This document shows positions 1 to 10,907 of a stretch of DNA of 64,000 nt, piece by piece. The first letter of the stretch is position 1. Each line of letters starts with the position of its first letter. This stretch comes from a virus. The stretch is taken from the IMG/VR virus record IMGVR_UViG_3300044699_000100, positions 779 through 64,778 of that record, one strand, 5' to 3'. Below the pieces are notes generated by a model. It was not told the origin of the DNA. It made no database searches and saw only the letters and a program-made list of their open reading frames with translations. The position numbers were made by a program, and so were the translations under genes.

Positions 1-21
1 CTCCAAAGGTAAAGGGCTCTC
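1..21. repeat. 21-nt terminal overlap, identical to 63980-64000
   Basis: CTCCAAAGGTAAAGGGCTCTC opens and closes the window. Typical overlap of a circularised contig. Confidence 0.9.
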
Positions 22-913
22 CGACCTGCTATCGCAGGCGGGAGAGCCACTAAACCTTTTGGTTACATACCTTTTAAGATATGTGTCTTTAGCCCTTAAG
101 CCTTCCTGCCCTTCTAGTATGGTTACCTCTTGCCAAGAGGCACTACATCTAGCCGCGCGGCTAGAGCTTTCTCCTGCGTCCTTAGCTTTTGTTTTACTTA
201 CGAAACCGTTTGTTACTTGCATCGGATAAGACATAGGCATCCTTCAGCCACTAAGTCTTAACGTTCCTGCAAGTCACGGACTAGCCAAGAATTTCTATAG
301 GCGGGGAGCAATCTCCAAATTTAGCCGTTACCTTTGCACTTTAACGAGGCCGGTAAGAGCCCGGAGGATGCCACCGGCATCCTTCACTCGATGGCAACTT
401 GCCACCGGCCTTGAGCAGATCAAGGTTCGCCCGCCACTCCCGTCCTAGGGGTTGCTTGCCGCTTTCGTGGGTGTCCAGAGCCTTCTCCTTAAAGGTTGTC
501 CGCCCAATCGCGTGGAAAGGTCATGCGGTATACGTGCCATGACCTACCGGGCCGGATCAGCTTTCACGCTGTCGATACACCCCGCGAGCTTGCGGCCATG
601 CCGCGCTGCTCCGTCACGTGAGGGCTTAGGCTCCGGCTTCCTTCCGGCTCTCATCCTAGCATGTGGGGAGATGGGCAAACATCAGGGGACATTACCCCCA
701 CGGGTAATGGCCAAGGCCCCCCCACCCCCCGCGCCCCTTCTTAGGTGTTTGGCATATAGAAAATACTAAAAAACTAAAAGTAACATGATTGTTACTCTAA
801 AGTAATTATCACGTAACAATCCACTATTCCCTTGACTTTTCGCCCTAAACACGAGATCACTGGACCACGAAACCACACGACCACTAAATCCCGTTATCAG
901 AAGGCCCACCCAC

Positions 914-3151
914 ATGCCAAAACCCAAGCCCAAATCAAAATATGAAAATATGACGCAAGCGGAGCTTGACGCGCTCCTCAAGAAAATGAAAGCCAAGGAT
1001 GCCGAGACAAGAGAGTCCGCCCGCAAGGAGCTTATTTCGGTCTTTGCTTCTAGGCCCGCCAACTTAGGCTCTGCCGTTGGTGCAGGACTCTCTGCCGGAT
1101 ATAACGTCGCCAGCGCTAAAGACAGCGCGTATCAAAGGTATGTAAAAGAACACTACGGTCCTAATGCTACCTCACATAACTCTGAGCCTATGGCCATGTA
1201 CACCGGCTCTGGTGCAGGGCCTAATTACGCAGGAACATCAAGAGACAGAGCAGGCCCCGGTGCAGGACTAAGCTCTCCTGCCGTGTCCTATGGCGATGCT
1301 TCCGAGCCGACCACCTCTGCCGCACACGAAGCGCTTTATCGAGCAATAAGCGAAGCTGAAGGCACAACGCAACATGGATACAATACAATATACGGGGGAG
1401 GCCAGCGGGACTTGGGTAACATGACCATCAGAGAAGTCATGGACATGCAAAGTAACATGATCAATCAAACCGGGCACTCTCCCGTGGGGAGGTTCCAGAT
1501 TACCAGAGATACACTGGGGAGGCATGCCGGATTACTGGGGATACCCGATACTGCCAAGTTTACGCCCGATATTCAAAACAAGGTAATGCTCTCCATTGCC
1601 GACAAGCAGGGGCTTAAACCCAGTGTATGGGCAGGGTTTAATAATAACCCCGGTGCGTTCGCGCGTGCAAAGCAAGCTTACAGTACAATACAACAAGCCA
1701 CGCCTGCCCAAGCAAGCTATGCGACTTCAGGCTACACTGGTGCTGGTGCCAGCGGTATTACTTATAATATTCGTGACAAGACCAGCGCACAGGGGCTGAC
1801 TTCCGGTTTGATGGGTGCTTTGGAGTCGGCGCAGCAGGCGGCACGTGCCGCAGGGCTGGATCATATTGAAGTTCGTGCCGGTAAGGGGCAAGGGCATCTG
1901 AGCCATCAGCAGGGTACCGAAGCCGATATCGTAGGCTACAACGCCGACGGCTCGCAATGGAGCAAAGCCCAGCGTGTTGCAGTGGCGCAGGGCGCTGCCG
2001 GTGCAGGGGCTAACCGCTTCGGGTTTTACTCAGGGCCGACGCTGCATGTGGGCATGGGTGCCAAGGGGCTGCCGGGCAATGTCGTGTGGAACGACAAGCT
2101 CAGGGGGGTGCCGGGAGTTAACACTTTTGCTCCGGAAGAGCGTGACTTCGTGGGTGCGTTGCGCACCGGCAAGCTAAAGTCCCTCGCTCCTGTTACAGCT
2201 TATGCTCCAACTGTAGCTCTCTCACCTGCACAGCAGGCTGCCGCTCTTCAAGCATCTGGACAAGCTTCTGGCACGACAACTAATACAACACCCGATCCAA
2301 AAGTTGCCCAGATGCAGCGCGACCTAAACTCCAGAGGGGCCAGTCTCGAAGTAGACGGTCTGCGTGGGCCTCTTACCAGAGCCGCAGAACAACAATTCTA
2401 TGGTTCTCCCTCTTCTGTACGCACGCCAAGTATTACTGCGCCTGCTCCTACTACTGGAAATAATTGGTCTTCAGTGCAGGGGCCATATACTAATTCTACT
2501 GGTGGGGCGAACGCTGTTGTTTCCAGTGTAAGAACGCCTAGCTTTACTGCCGCGCCACGATCATATACGTCGGGTCGTGGGGACGAGGGTGCCGGTGTTG
2601 CTTCGCCTCCGTCCATGGGCATCCCACGGCGGGTGGAGACAACCGCTGTAGACGCTTCCGGCTACCCTCCCATATCAAGCGGGTTTACACGTCCAGCTAC
2701 TCCACAAACCCCCTATTACTCCAACCCCTATACCATGGGTACCGGGGGCGCTAATGCGCTTGTTTCGGGACAAGTGGCGCGTACTCCGCAGGCACGTCCT
2801 GCACTACCAAGTGACACACCTACGCCATATCTAAACCAACCATATGCAGCCCCCTCTTGGGGTGCCGTACCGCAAGCCCCCATAATCCCGACAATACCTA
2901 CAACAGTAGCACGCCTGCCGGTAGCTCGTCCTCCGGGGCTACAGTGGTCACAGTTACAACAGTCTGCACCGCCACCTCCTGTGCAAGAAGCCGTGCCGTC
3001 GTTTATCGATAGGCTGAAGAACCTTATAGACATAGACCCGAACAGGGCAAAGACTGCACTGACAAGCCTTGGAAGCGTCCTTAGTGGAGGTAATCAAGGT
3101 GGTTCCTGGCACGCGCGGTGCGGGTGCCAGCTACTCCGGAAGCGGAGGTAA
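914..3151 (+). CDS. Multidomain peptidoglycan hydrolase: lysozyme-like muramidase, M15-type Zn peptidase, PG-binding domain, Pro/Ser/Thr-rich tail
   Basis: AISEAEGTTQHGYNTIYGG...GRFQITRDTL resembles lambda/GH24-like lysozymes. SHQQGTEAD (H-x6-D) plus LHVG resembles M15 peptidases. VAQMQRDLNSRGASLEVDGLRGPLTRAA resembles PG_binding_1. The C-terminus may be frameshifted. Confidence 0.75.
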   Translation: MPKPKPKSKYENMTQAELDALLKKMKAKDAETRESARKELISVFASRPANLGSAVGAGLSAGYNVASAKDSAYQRYVKEHYGPNATSHNSEPMAMYTGSGAGPNYAGTSRDRAGPGAGLSSPAVSYGDASEPTTSAAHEALYRAISEAEGTTQHGYNTIYGGGQRDLGNMTIREVMDMQSNMINQTGHSPVGRFQITRDTLGRHAGLLGIPDTAKFTPDIQNKVMLSIADKQGLKPSVWAGFNNNPGAFARAKQAYSTIQQATPAQASYATSGYTGAGASGITYNIRDKTSAQGLTSGLMGALESAQQAARAAGLDHIEVRAGKGQGHLSHQQGTEADIVGYNADGSQWSKAQRVAVAQGAAGAGANRFGFYSGPTLHVGMGAKGLPGNVVWNDKLRGVPGVNTFAPEERDFVGALRTGKLKSLAPVTAYAPTVALSPAQQAAALQASGQASGTTTNTTPDPKVAQMQRDLNSRGASLEVDGLRGPLTRAAEQQFYGSPSSVRTPSITAPAPTTGNNWSSVQGPYTNSTGGANAVVSSVRTPSFTAAPRSYTSGRGDEGAGVASPPSMGIPRRVETTAVDASGYPPISSGFTRPATPQTPYYSNPYTMGTGGANALVSGQVARTPQARPALPSDTPTPYLNQPYAAPSWGAVPQAPIIPTIPTTVARLPVARPPGLQWSQLQQSAPPPPVQEAVPSFIDRLKNLIDIDPNRAKTALTSLGSVLSGGNQGGSWHARCGCQLLRKRR

Positions 3152-3343
3152 TTACTCCGGTGGCAATTACGGGGGGCAGGGTGGCAGAAGTATAAGCCAA
3201 GGCGTCGGCGGGGCGTATCGTAACCGTTAAAACACCCCTGCAAGCCCCACAAATGCCCGTAGAGGCGTTCCAAACCAAGGGAGGGTCCCCAACAGCCCCC
3301 ACAGCCAGAACCGCTGTACGGGCATTTATGGAGGTCCACTAAG

Positions 3344-3560
3344 ATGGCACTTACCGTAGGTTCGCTTTTTACCGCTCATAGTCCGTGCTGCTGGTCATCG
3401 GTATTCTACTATGGCTGGCGTTCTATGTCTTGCGGCAATTTCCTCCTCCGGAGCCGCTGGGACGGATAATACAAGTATAATCGTGGTGATCGCGGTGTTG
3501 ATACTTGTGGTGTTTTTGCTTAATTTGGTGGGTATTGGTGGCGGTGTTCGTATAAGTTAG
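3344..3560 (+). CDS. Small two-TM membrane protein, holin candidate (frameshifted)
   Basis: Manual translation joins VLLVIGILLWLAFYVLRQFPPPEPLGRIIQV and IVVIAVLILVVFLLNLVGIG. It directly follows the hydrolase gene. Confidence 0.5.
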
Positions 3561-3576
3561 ATAACCTTCAGAGGTA

Positions 3577-3902
3577 ATGTTAGGGGCAAAAATGGACAAG
3601 CCTGATCATCTAAAGCTGGTCGGCATGATCCTGCCTGCCGATGCACAGGAGATACGCTCTTGCATCGATGTGCTGGAGCGTGCACTTGCCGAAGCCAGAG
3701 AAGGCAGAGTGCTTGCCGTAGCCATATCTATGGTCCGGTGCAGGGTAATAAAATCGGGTTTTATTCTTCTGAGACCCGACGAAATTCCGCAAAGCTGCTG
3801 GCGTCGTCACAGCTTACGGTATGGCGGCTATCCGAGAGTATGTGGCATGACATGAGCGTGGAGACGGAGGAGTATCCCGATCTTCCTCCTGATAGTGGAT
3901 AA
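3577..3902 (+). CDS. Hypothetical protein (two fragments)
   Basis: ORFs 3577..3855 and 3660..3902 join across one shift. It follows a palindrome carrying an SD. Confidence 0.45.
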
Positions 3903-3917
3903 TTATGGGAGAATACG

Positions 3918-5928
3918 ATGCAGAACAAGCTTGCCGTAGCATTAGCGCTTTTTGCTGCTCCCGCACTAGCACAAGAAAGCACCACCACGGAGTGTCTTAC
4001 CAACACCGATGGGGTAGAGGTGTGCGTCGATACGTATATCTACTTTAAAGCTACGCCACCCGTTGAGCCACCTATCGAACCACCTATCGAGCCACCCGTC
4101 CGGATACCTGCGGGGGCCGTGCTGCCACAGGACTTCGATCTGGAGGCGTTCGATGCCAGCGTCGGCACGCTGCGGTTCATTGCGCCGAACGGTGACGACG
4201 GCGCTGCCTGTACGGAAGCTGCTCCTTGTCGTTCTCTGGGCAGGGCTTACAGTGTCGCCACCAACGGTGACGCCATCGTAGCCCGAGGCGGCATTTACCG
4301 GGATAACGATATTTACAATGCAAAGAAGCCTGACCATCAGCAATTATCCCGGCGAAATTCCCGAGTTCCGGGGCTCACAGGACGTGACTGCCGCGTTTAA
4401 CGCGGGCAAGGCCGATGGTAATTATCGCTACATTACTTACACGGAACAACCAATCACTAATGGCTTCGGGGTTAATCTCTCAGGGCGGACAGAATATCGC
4501 AGGCGGTGTCAACGGCGTCGGGATGCTGGTCGATCAGATGTGGATCGGCAATACTGAGCTTAAACAAGTCAAGAACAAGAACGAGATTGCCGAGGGTAAG
4601 TTCTGGATCGATGCCGCCTAATAACCGCGCCTACTTAACAACCGCCGATGCAGCCAAAAGCGCTATCGAGATATCCAAGACCGATAATTTCATGGACGTT
4701 GTAGCAAAGGACATAACCCTGCGTGGGTTTAAGATCACGCGCTACTCGCCGTCGGGCGGGCGACTATGGGATGATCGATGTGAATTTAGTGGACGACTTT
4801 ACGTGTAACAACGTCGAAATGTCGGACATCAGCACGGTCGCGTTGTTCCTCAATGGCACCTGGCTCCGACCAAGTAAACAACAGCGTCATTGACCATTGT
4901 TCTGTCCTGCGCACCGGCTGGATGCCGTTTACTGGGAAGTTATAACTTTCACACCAAGATCGACGGCTTGAAGTCTGCCAACAACGATCCGTTTGACGAG
5001 TTTACCGGCAGTCCCGGAAGTGGCAATAAATTTACGCATTGCCACTACATGGACGTGACCAACAGCGAGATCACAGACAATAAATCCCATGGCCTGTGGT
5101 TCGATCAGTCCTGCTACGATGCAGTGGTTGCCGGAAATATCATTACCGGTAACAGCGGCACCGGCATTTTCTGGGAGCTTTCCGACGAGTTGTTGATGAT
5201 CAATAACCTGCTCAAGTCGGGCGGCTCCAATGCTGCAAAAGTTAGGTGGTGGCAGCACTGGCATCAGGATGATCAACAACACCATTGTCGGCGGGCCGGG
5301 TGTGGTGGGAGTTTACACCGACAAGCGCTCGTCGCCCAACTGTGCCGACGAGACTGCTTCGCCCAACCCGTCCGCCGAGTGGACACGTTGCGCCGGGCTT
5401 GGCACGCTGTCCAGCGACCGTATTCCGCCTAGTCTATGGAAGGACACTATCGACTGGCTGCCGAGGATCGATGAGGCTTATAACAATATCATCGCGTGGC
5501 CTGACCGGGTGGACGACCTGTGTGGCGGTCTCGAAGTGGCGTTGTGCATCACCGATAATAATTCCGGCACGTCGGTGACGCCGCAGTCGATCATTCACAA
5601 GGCCTGAGCCGGGGCGCGATATTCCTAGAGACTTATATGGACTACAACGTCTACCAGTCCGATGGGCCCAATCGTAGGGCTACCCGATCCTGCCAATAAC
5701 AACACCATCCGCCACAACGATACAGCGTCTGTCGCGGCAGCGCTCGCTGCCGCTCCATACAATCTCAACGGACTGGAGACCCATAGCCAATCCGACGATG
5801 GTCTCGTAGACGCCGAAGGGACACCGACTAACGCACTGCAGCATAACACCGCCAAGCCGATCCCCAGCGATCCGTTGATCAATAAGTTTTTACCGGAGGG
5901 TTTGAAGCACTACGGTGTGACTTTTTAG
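3918..5928 (+). CDS. Signal-peptide-bearing right-handed parallel beta-helix protein (DUF1565/pectate-lyase-like), frameshifted
   Basis: N-terminus MQNKLAVALALFAAPALA, EPPI linker, GDDGAACTEAAPCRSLGRAYSVATNGDAIVARGGIY (DUF1565-like) and PbH1-like NSEITDNKSHGLWFDQ...GNIITGNSGTGIFWELS. Spread over at least 5 ORF fragments. Confidence 0.65.
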
Positions 5929-5961
5929 TGGAATAATTAATAAAACAAAGGAGCATATGAG

Positions 5962-6108
5962 ATGCCGTTGTCCAAGGGTAAGTCCAACAAGGACGTAAGT
6001 GCGAATATCCGCACGCTTAAGAAAGAAGGTTATCCACAAAAACAAAGTGTTGCCATCGCTTTGCAGAAAGCGGGGAAGTCCAATAAAAATAAAAAATCTA
6101 AGAAATAA
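5962..6108 (+). CDS. Small basic conserved phage protein (48 aa)
   Basis: MPLSKGKSNKDVSANIRTLKKEGYPQKQSVAIALQKAGKS with an AAGGAG SD. Resembles a common small phage protein type. Confidence 0.65.
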   Translation: MPLSKGKSNKDVSANIRTLKKEGYPQKQSVAIALQKAGKSNKNKKSKK

Positions 6109-7568
6109 TTAAGTCCACCCCGCAGCCGTTACGGGCTCCTTGGAGGAGCTATTAAAGTTATTTTGTCCGAGATGCCGCATGACCATGCCGGTGACCATCC
6201 CTCCGTGTGCTCCAAGGCACACATATTGCAGTGCGTCAGCCACATGAGAAAACTCATTCTTGTCGGGGCTGGGCTTGCGCTGGCCTGCTTTAGTCTTGCC
6301 GAAACGATAGCCACCGCCCATGGCTCTAACCAGAGTGGGGCAACGGCTTCTGTCGAAGACAATAGCTGGACCGCCATCTCGTTGACTAAGCAGCATCGAC
6401 TCTACTGCTCTTACGCGCGGATCGATATCGTTGGTAGGGGCTGGGAAGCACATGAAACCTTCCCGTTTCAGTACATCAAAGCTGGTCTCTTCGTAGATAC
6501 TATCTTTGCTCCTCCCGGCTGGGTCCCCGATTATAGCGACCTTCTTGCCGAGGTAACGTGTATCTAGCATCTTTGGCCGTAAAGACCGTTGCACGTGCTG
6601 TTCCAGCCCGATATCTTCCGCGCTTACTTCCTCAAGCACCAGAAGCCTGCCTTTGTGGTCGATCTGGCAGATTACCGACCACGGGTCGCGCCCGAAGTCC
6701 TGACCAATCAAGATCGGATGCCCTTGCACCGGCTCCAAGCTGTCCTACCGACATGAAACGTGGACTTGAAGCTCTCGCCAAAGACGGCTGATCCAGAAGG
6801 GTCGTCGCCGTATTTTGCGTGCACATAGCGCTGGCACCAGCCGGGGGAGTTCGATCTGATAAATCTTTCGTAGTAAGTGCGTCCCTGCGCTAACCTTCGA
6901 GGGTCATTTTCCTTAAGCTTAAGCGTTTCGGGGGTTTGATGCAGCCATTGCAGATTTTCAGCATTGTCCGACATGCCGCCCGGTTGGATGAAAACTTGAA
7001 AAGTCCGGTGGGGTGTCTGTCTCCATGAGCTTTGTACCAAGGAGAGTTCTCGCTTGGCAGGTTGGTATCGATAATAATCCCCATCCACGTGCAGCCGCCC
7101 ATCGTTGCAGAGGGATATCTTCCGCATCTACCAGCTAATGGCGATACCAAGTCCACCGATAGCTCGATGGCCTCCGAGAGCCACGCACCGGTCAACTGTA
7201 AAGACAGTAGTCTTCTTTGGTCTTCCGGGTCGTCCAGTGGTATAAACAGCCACTCTGATCTTACATCGCCTATATTTATGTATAGTGTACTATTACTTAC
7301 TTTCCATTCAGCTATTTCTCTGAACCAACTCATGCAGTCTTTAAGTATAGTGTCTTTTAACTGTTGAAGCGTGCCTCTTACTACCTGCAAACCTAGTATA
7401 GCGCAACCCGTCTTCTGCAGGTATTTGTTCACACGCTCTTCTGAATAATTCAAGTATACATGCAGTAGTCTTTCCTGAGCCGACCGGTCCAGCGGCGATC
7501 CTGCCAAAGCTCTGTGACCGCATGAACTTTGCGAGCGTGGGCGGCGGGGTGTAATTTATGCTCGTCAT
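6109..7568 (-). CDS. terL: Terminase large subunit (frameshifted into 4 fragments)
   Basis: Walker A GPVGSGKT, Walker B region LTGAWLSEAIE, nuclease motifs IGQDFG, IIGDPAG and SHVADALQY. Confidence 0.9.
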
Positions 7569-7569
7569 G

Positions 7570-8044
7570 TTATCCCCCCTCGTGGTCTATTACCTTTGAA
7601 GGTAAGTTTTTATCGAAGCTCATCTTGTCGCCGCCGCCTAGATTTATGGTAACACTGAAGCCCGCGCCGGTAGACAGACTAGGGCTATCGCTTTTATCCA
7701 ACCCCGCAATCCTGCTGATCATCTTGGCGAGTTCGACCTTCGCGGGGAGTGCCTCGTTCTGGTCGTGCAGGCGCGCGTGTCCTTCTGTAAGCCATTGCTC
7801 GATGATGGCTCCAGCCTTGAGCTTGGTGCGCTCTGCCGTATTGGTTGCCGACTGCCAAGCAAGTATTTCTTGCTCCAATAGTGTCATAAACCTTGGGTTT
7901 TGAAGTATAGCGTCCCATTCTTCTTGGTTTATACTATATAGCTTGCGCACCTTCTTCTGCAGAGAGATGGTCTATCGCTATTTCTCTTGCGAGTTGGACT
8001 AGCATTATATCGCGAAGTGGCTCCTTTACTGCTATAGCGTCCAT
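7570..8044 (-). CDS. terS: Terminase small subunit (probable)
   Basis: Directly upstream of terL. ORF 7570..7950 extends across one shift to an ATG at 8044 with a GAGGAGG SD. Confidence 0.6.
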
Positions 8045-8118
8045 TGTTACCTCCTCGTCACTTTAGCGTAACTAAATAGTAACTTGTAACCTCTTGTCCT
8101 ATATAGTATTAGGCGGGA

Positions 8119-10241
8119 ATGGTCCAGACCCTCCCCCAGCGAGGGGTATTACGTGTTGTGCCCGGTGCGCAACTAGAGGCCCAGCTTCAGGCTGAAGCCG
8201 TCGCAAAGGTCCAGCTCGAAAAACCTCCTCAACCGGATATGTCTTCGCTGGCTGCGTATGTGCGTGGCCAGTTTGAGATGTTCCAACGCCACCGCAACGA
8301 CTCACAGTCGGGCTGGACCGAGCGCATGCTGTCTGCGCTCAGGACATTTAATGGCGTTTACGATAACACCAAGCTCGCTGAAATAAGAAAATTCGGCGGC
8401 TCGCAGGTATATGCCAGAATAATTGCAATGAAGTGCCGGGGGGCGAATAGCTTACTAAGAGACGTTTATTTAGCGCCCGATAGACCTTGGGCCATCGAAG
8501 CACCAGCCGATCCGGATATACCTGCAGAGGTAATCCAGACCATAATGCAGTTGGTAGAGACCGAGATGCAGAGCTACATGCAGCTAGCTCAGCAGCAGGC
8601 TTTACAGGGCGGTGAGACTCCCTGAACCTCCCAACCCGGCGATGATCCGCGACCGCGTTAACCAGCTTATGGAGGCGGCGCGCAACGCAGAAAAGAAGAA
8701 CGCGCGCAAGCGCGCGGCACTCGCGCAAGACAAGATCGAAGAAATATTAGAGACAGGCGGCTTCTACAAAGCCATGGCCGAAGTGCTTATGGACTTACCG
8801 TTGTTTCCGTTTGCTTGCTTGAAAGGGTCCCGTCGTTCGTATTGTACCGGACGTTAACTGGGAACCCGATGCACAAGGCAACGTCCAGCCGACAGTCACT
8901 GAAAAACCAAAGATGTTCTGGGAGCGTGTCTCCCCTTTTGATATTTGGTTTACTCCCGGTGTCTCGGATATCGAGAGCGCCGCCGTAATAGAGCGGACTT
9001 CTCTTACACGCGCGGACCTGAACGACCTGTTGGACTTGCCGGGGTATGACACTGAGGCAATCAGAAACGTACTCATAGAACACGGGCAGGGCGGTTTGCC
9101 GGGTGACTGGGACACGGCAGACTCAGAGCGCGCAACCTACGAAAAACGCGAGAACCCGCAGACCAACGCGTCTGGAATGATACACTGCCTTGCGTTTCAC
9201 GGTAACATCCAAGGGCAAATGCTTCTGGATCAGGGGTTTCCCGCAGAGCAGATACCTGACCCGGTTAGAGACTACATGGTGCAGCTATGGCTGATCGGAC
9301 GGCATATCATAAAACTACAACTGACGCCTTCGCCAAGGAAGCGCCATCCGTACTTTATTACGAGTTTCGAAAAAGTCCCCGGCACTCCCGTTGGCAATGG
9401 CTTGCCCGATTTATTGGCAGATATACAAGAAGTCTGCAACGCGGTCCTCAGGTCCTTGGTGAACAACCTCAGTATCGCGTCCGGTCCCCAAGTAGACGTG
9501 AACATAGAACGACTGGCTCCGGGTGAAGACCCCGATGACATGTTTCCGTGGAAGAGATGGAAGACCCTTACCGATCCGATGGCTAATAGTTCTCAGCCAG
9601 CCGTAAGATTTTTCCAGCCCAACTCCAACGCACAAGAGCTTCTTACCGTCTACAAAGAGTTAAATATCATTGCCGACGACATTAGCGCTATCCCAAAGTA
9701 CATGTCCGGAAGTGGAACGTCCGGAGGTGCCGGAAGAACAGCATCCGGCCTAGCCATGCTTATGGGTAACGCGTCCAAGATATTGCAGACTGTTGCAGCG
9801 AATGTTGACAGAGACATTATGTTTGGTGCGCTGCAACAGTTATTCGACATGATCATGCTCACAGACGAGTCGGGGGTGTTCCGTGGCGATGAGAACATTC
9901 GTGTCATGGGTGTCAACGTTGCCATGCAACGTGAGACACAACGTGCTCGTCAGTTGGAGTTCCTTTCTATTACTGCTAACCCGCTGGACGCTCAGATTAT
10001 TGGCACGCAGGGACGCGCAAAGGTGCTCAGGACGGTGAGTAACACCATCGGCATGGACGGGGACAGTATTGTCCCGCCTGAGGACGAGTTGGCAAAGATC
10101 GAACAACAGCAGAAATTGCTTATGCAGCAACAGGCCGCCGAAGCGCAGGGGAGTAAGCCCGGTGAGACTTCTACCGGTGACATGGGTCCGCGTACTAATA
10201 TTTCTCGCGGGGCTGGTCCTGTTGGTGGTGGGGCTGGCTAA
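8119..10241 (+). CDS. Portal protein (frameshifted into 3 fragments)
   Basis: About 700 codons before scaffold and capsid. Portal-like segments FWERVSPFDIWF, PGTPVGNGLPDLLADIQEVCNAVLRSLVNNLSIASGPQ and RTASGLAMLMGNA. Confidence 0.85.
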
Positions 10242-10269
10242 CTATTTGGGTTCTGTCTAGGTTCTATGT

Positions 10270-10422
10270 ATGTCCCAGTGGATAACTATGGGGATAATTT
10301 TAGTTTTCTTTCTGGCTGGCCCTCTGGCTGCCTGTACGAGTCGCTATGAATTTGAGTTTAACGTGCTGCAGCCTAAACCCGTTGTTGTTCCGGCTTATCC
10401 GTCACCAGTTGTGATAAAATAA
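10270..10422 (+). CDS. Small predicted lipoprotein (50 aa)
   Basis: Manual translation MSQWITMGIILVFFLAGPLAAC-TSRYEFEFNVLQPKPVVVPAYPSPVVIK: hydrophobic leader, LAAC lipobox, Pro-rich mature part. Confidence 0.55.
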   Translation: MSQWITMGIILVFFLAGPLAACTSRYEFEFNVLQPKPVVVPAYPSPVVIK

Positions 10423-10437
10423 CCCTTGGAGGTAATG

Positions 10438-10668
10438 ATGCCAGAAGTAAAAAGATACACGAGTAAAGTCAAGTCCAGCGGGCCGCTCCCTTCGAACGCG
10501 CGGGCGCATGGCGGGTCTGGGCATATGGCCAGTAAGTCAGGTGCTGGCCCTCAGAGTCCGGGTGGCACTACCGGGTCTGCGCATAACGCGCCCAGCAGGG
10601 CATATGTTCATGGTGGCTCCGGTCATATGTCGGGTAAGAATACCGCCAAGCCCAAGAAACCCATTTAA
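10438..10668 (+). CDS. Small Gly/Ser/His-rich basic protein
   Basis: GGAGGT SD inside the 10420 palindrome. The motif HGGSGHM occurs twice. Confidence 0.6.
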   Translation: MPEVKRYTSKVKSSGPLPSNARAHGGSGHMASKSGAGPQSPGGTTGSAHNAPSRAYVHGGSGHMSGKNTAKPKKPI

Positions 10669-10895
10669 TGGGTGTTGCCGACGATGCGTTGATACGGGCT
10701 GCTGCCGATCTTGCAAGGGCTTCTCCGGAAAATTGGAGAAAGTTCCTTTCTGCGATGGCTCTCAGGTCTGATCAGATGCGCGAACTTTTAGTTAGTTCCC
10801 CCATCGAGACCCTTCAGGGGCACCAAGGACATGCGCGCGAAATCGCTCATCTCCTGAAGACGCTCAGAACTGTGTGTCGTTGGCGGATAAACTGA
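10668..10895 (+). CDS. Hypothetical protein
   Basis: Start overlaps the upstream stop, within the head operon. Confidence 0.55.
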   Translation: MGVADDALIRAAADLARASPENWRKFLSAMALRSDQMRELLVSSPIETLQGHQGHAREIAHLLKTLRTVCRWRIN

Positions 10896-10907
10896 AAGGG
10901 AAGTGAT

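Noticed and set aside
1-21. Biological direct terminal repeat
   Set aside because: 21 nt is a common assembler k-mer length and the overlap cuts through a palindrome copy, so it is likelier an assembly overlap.
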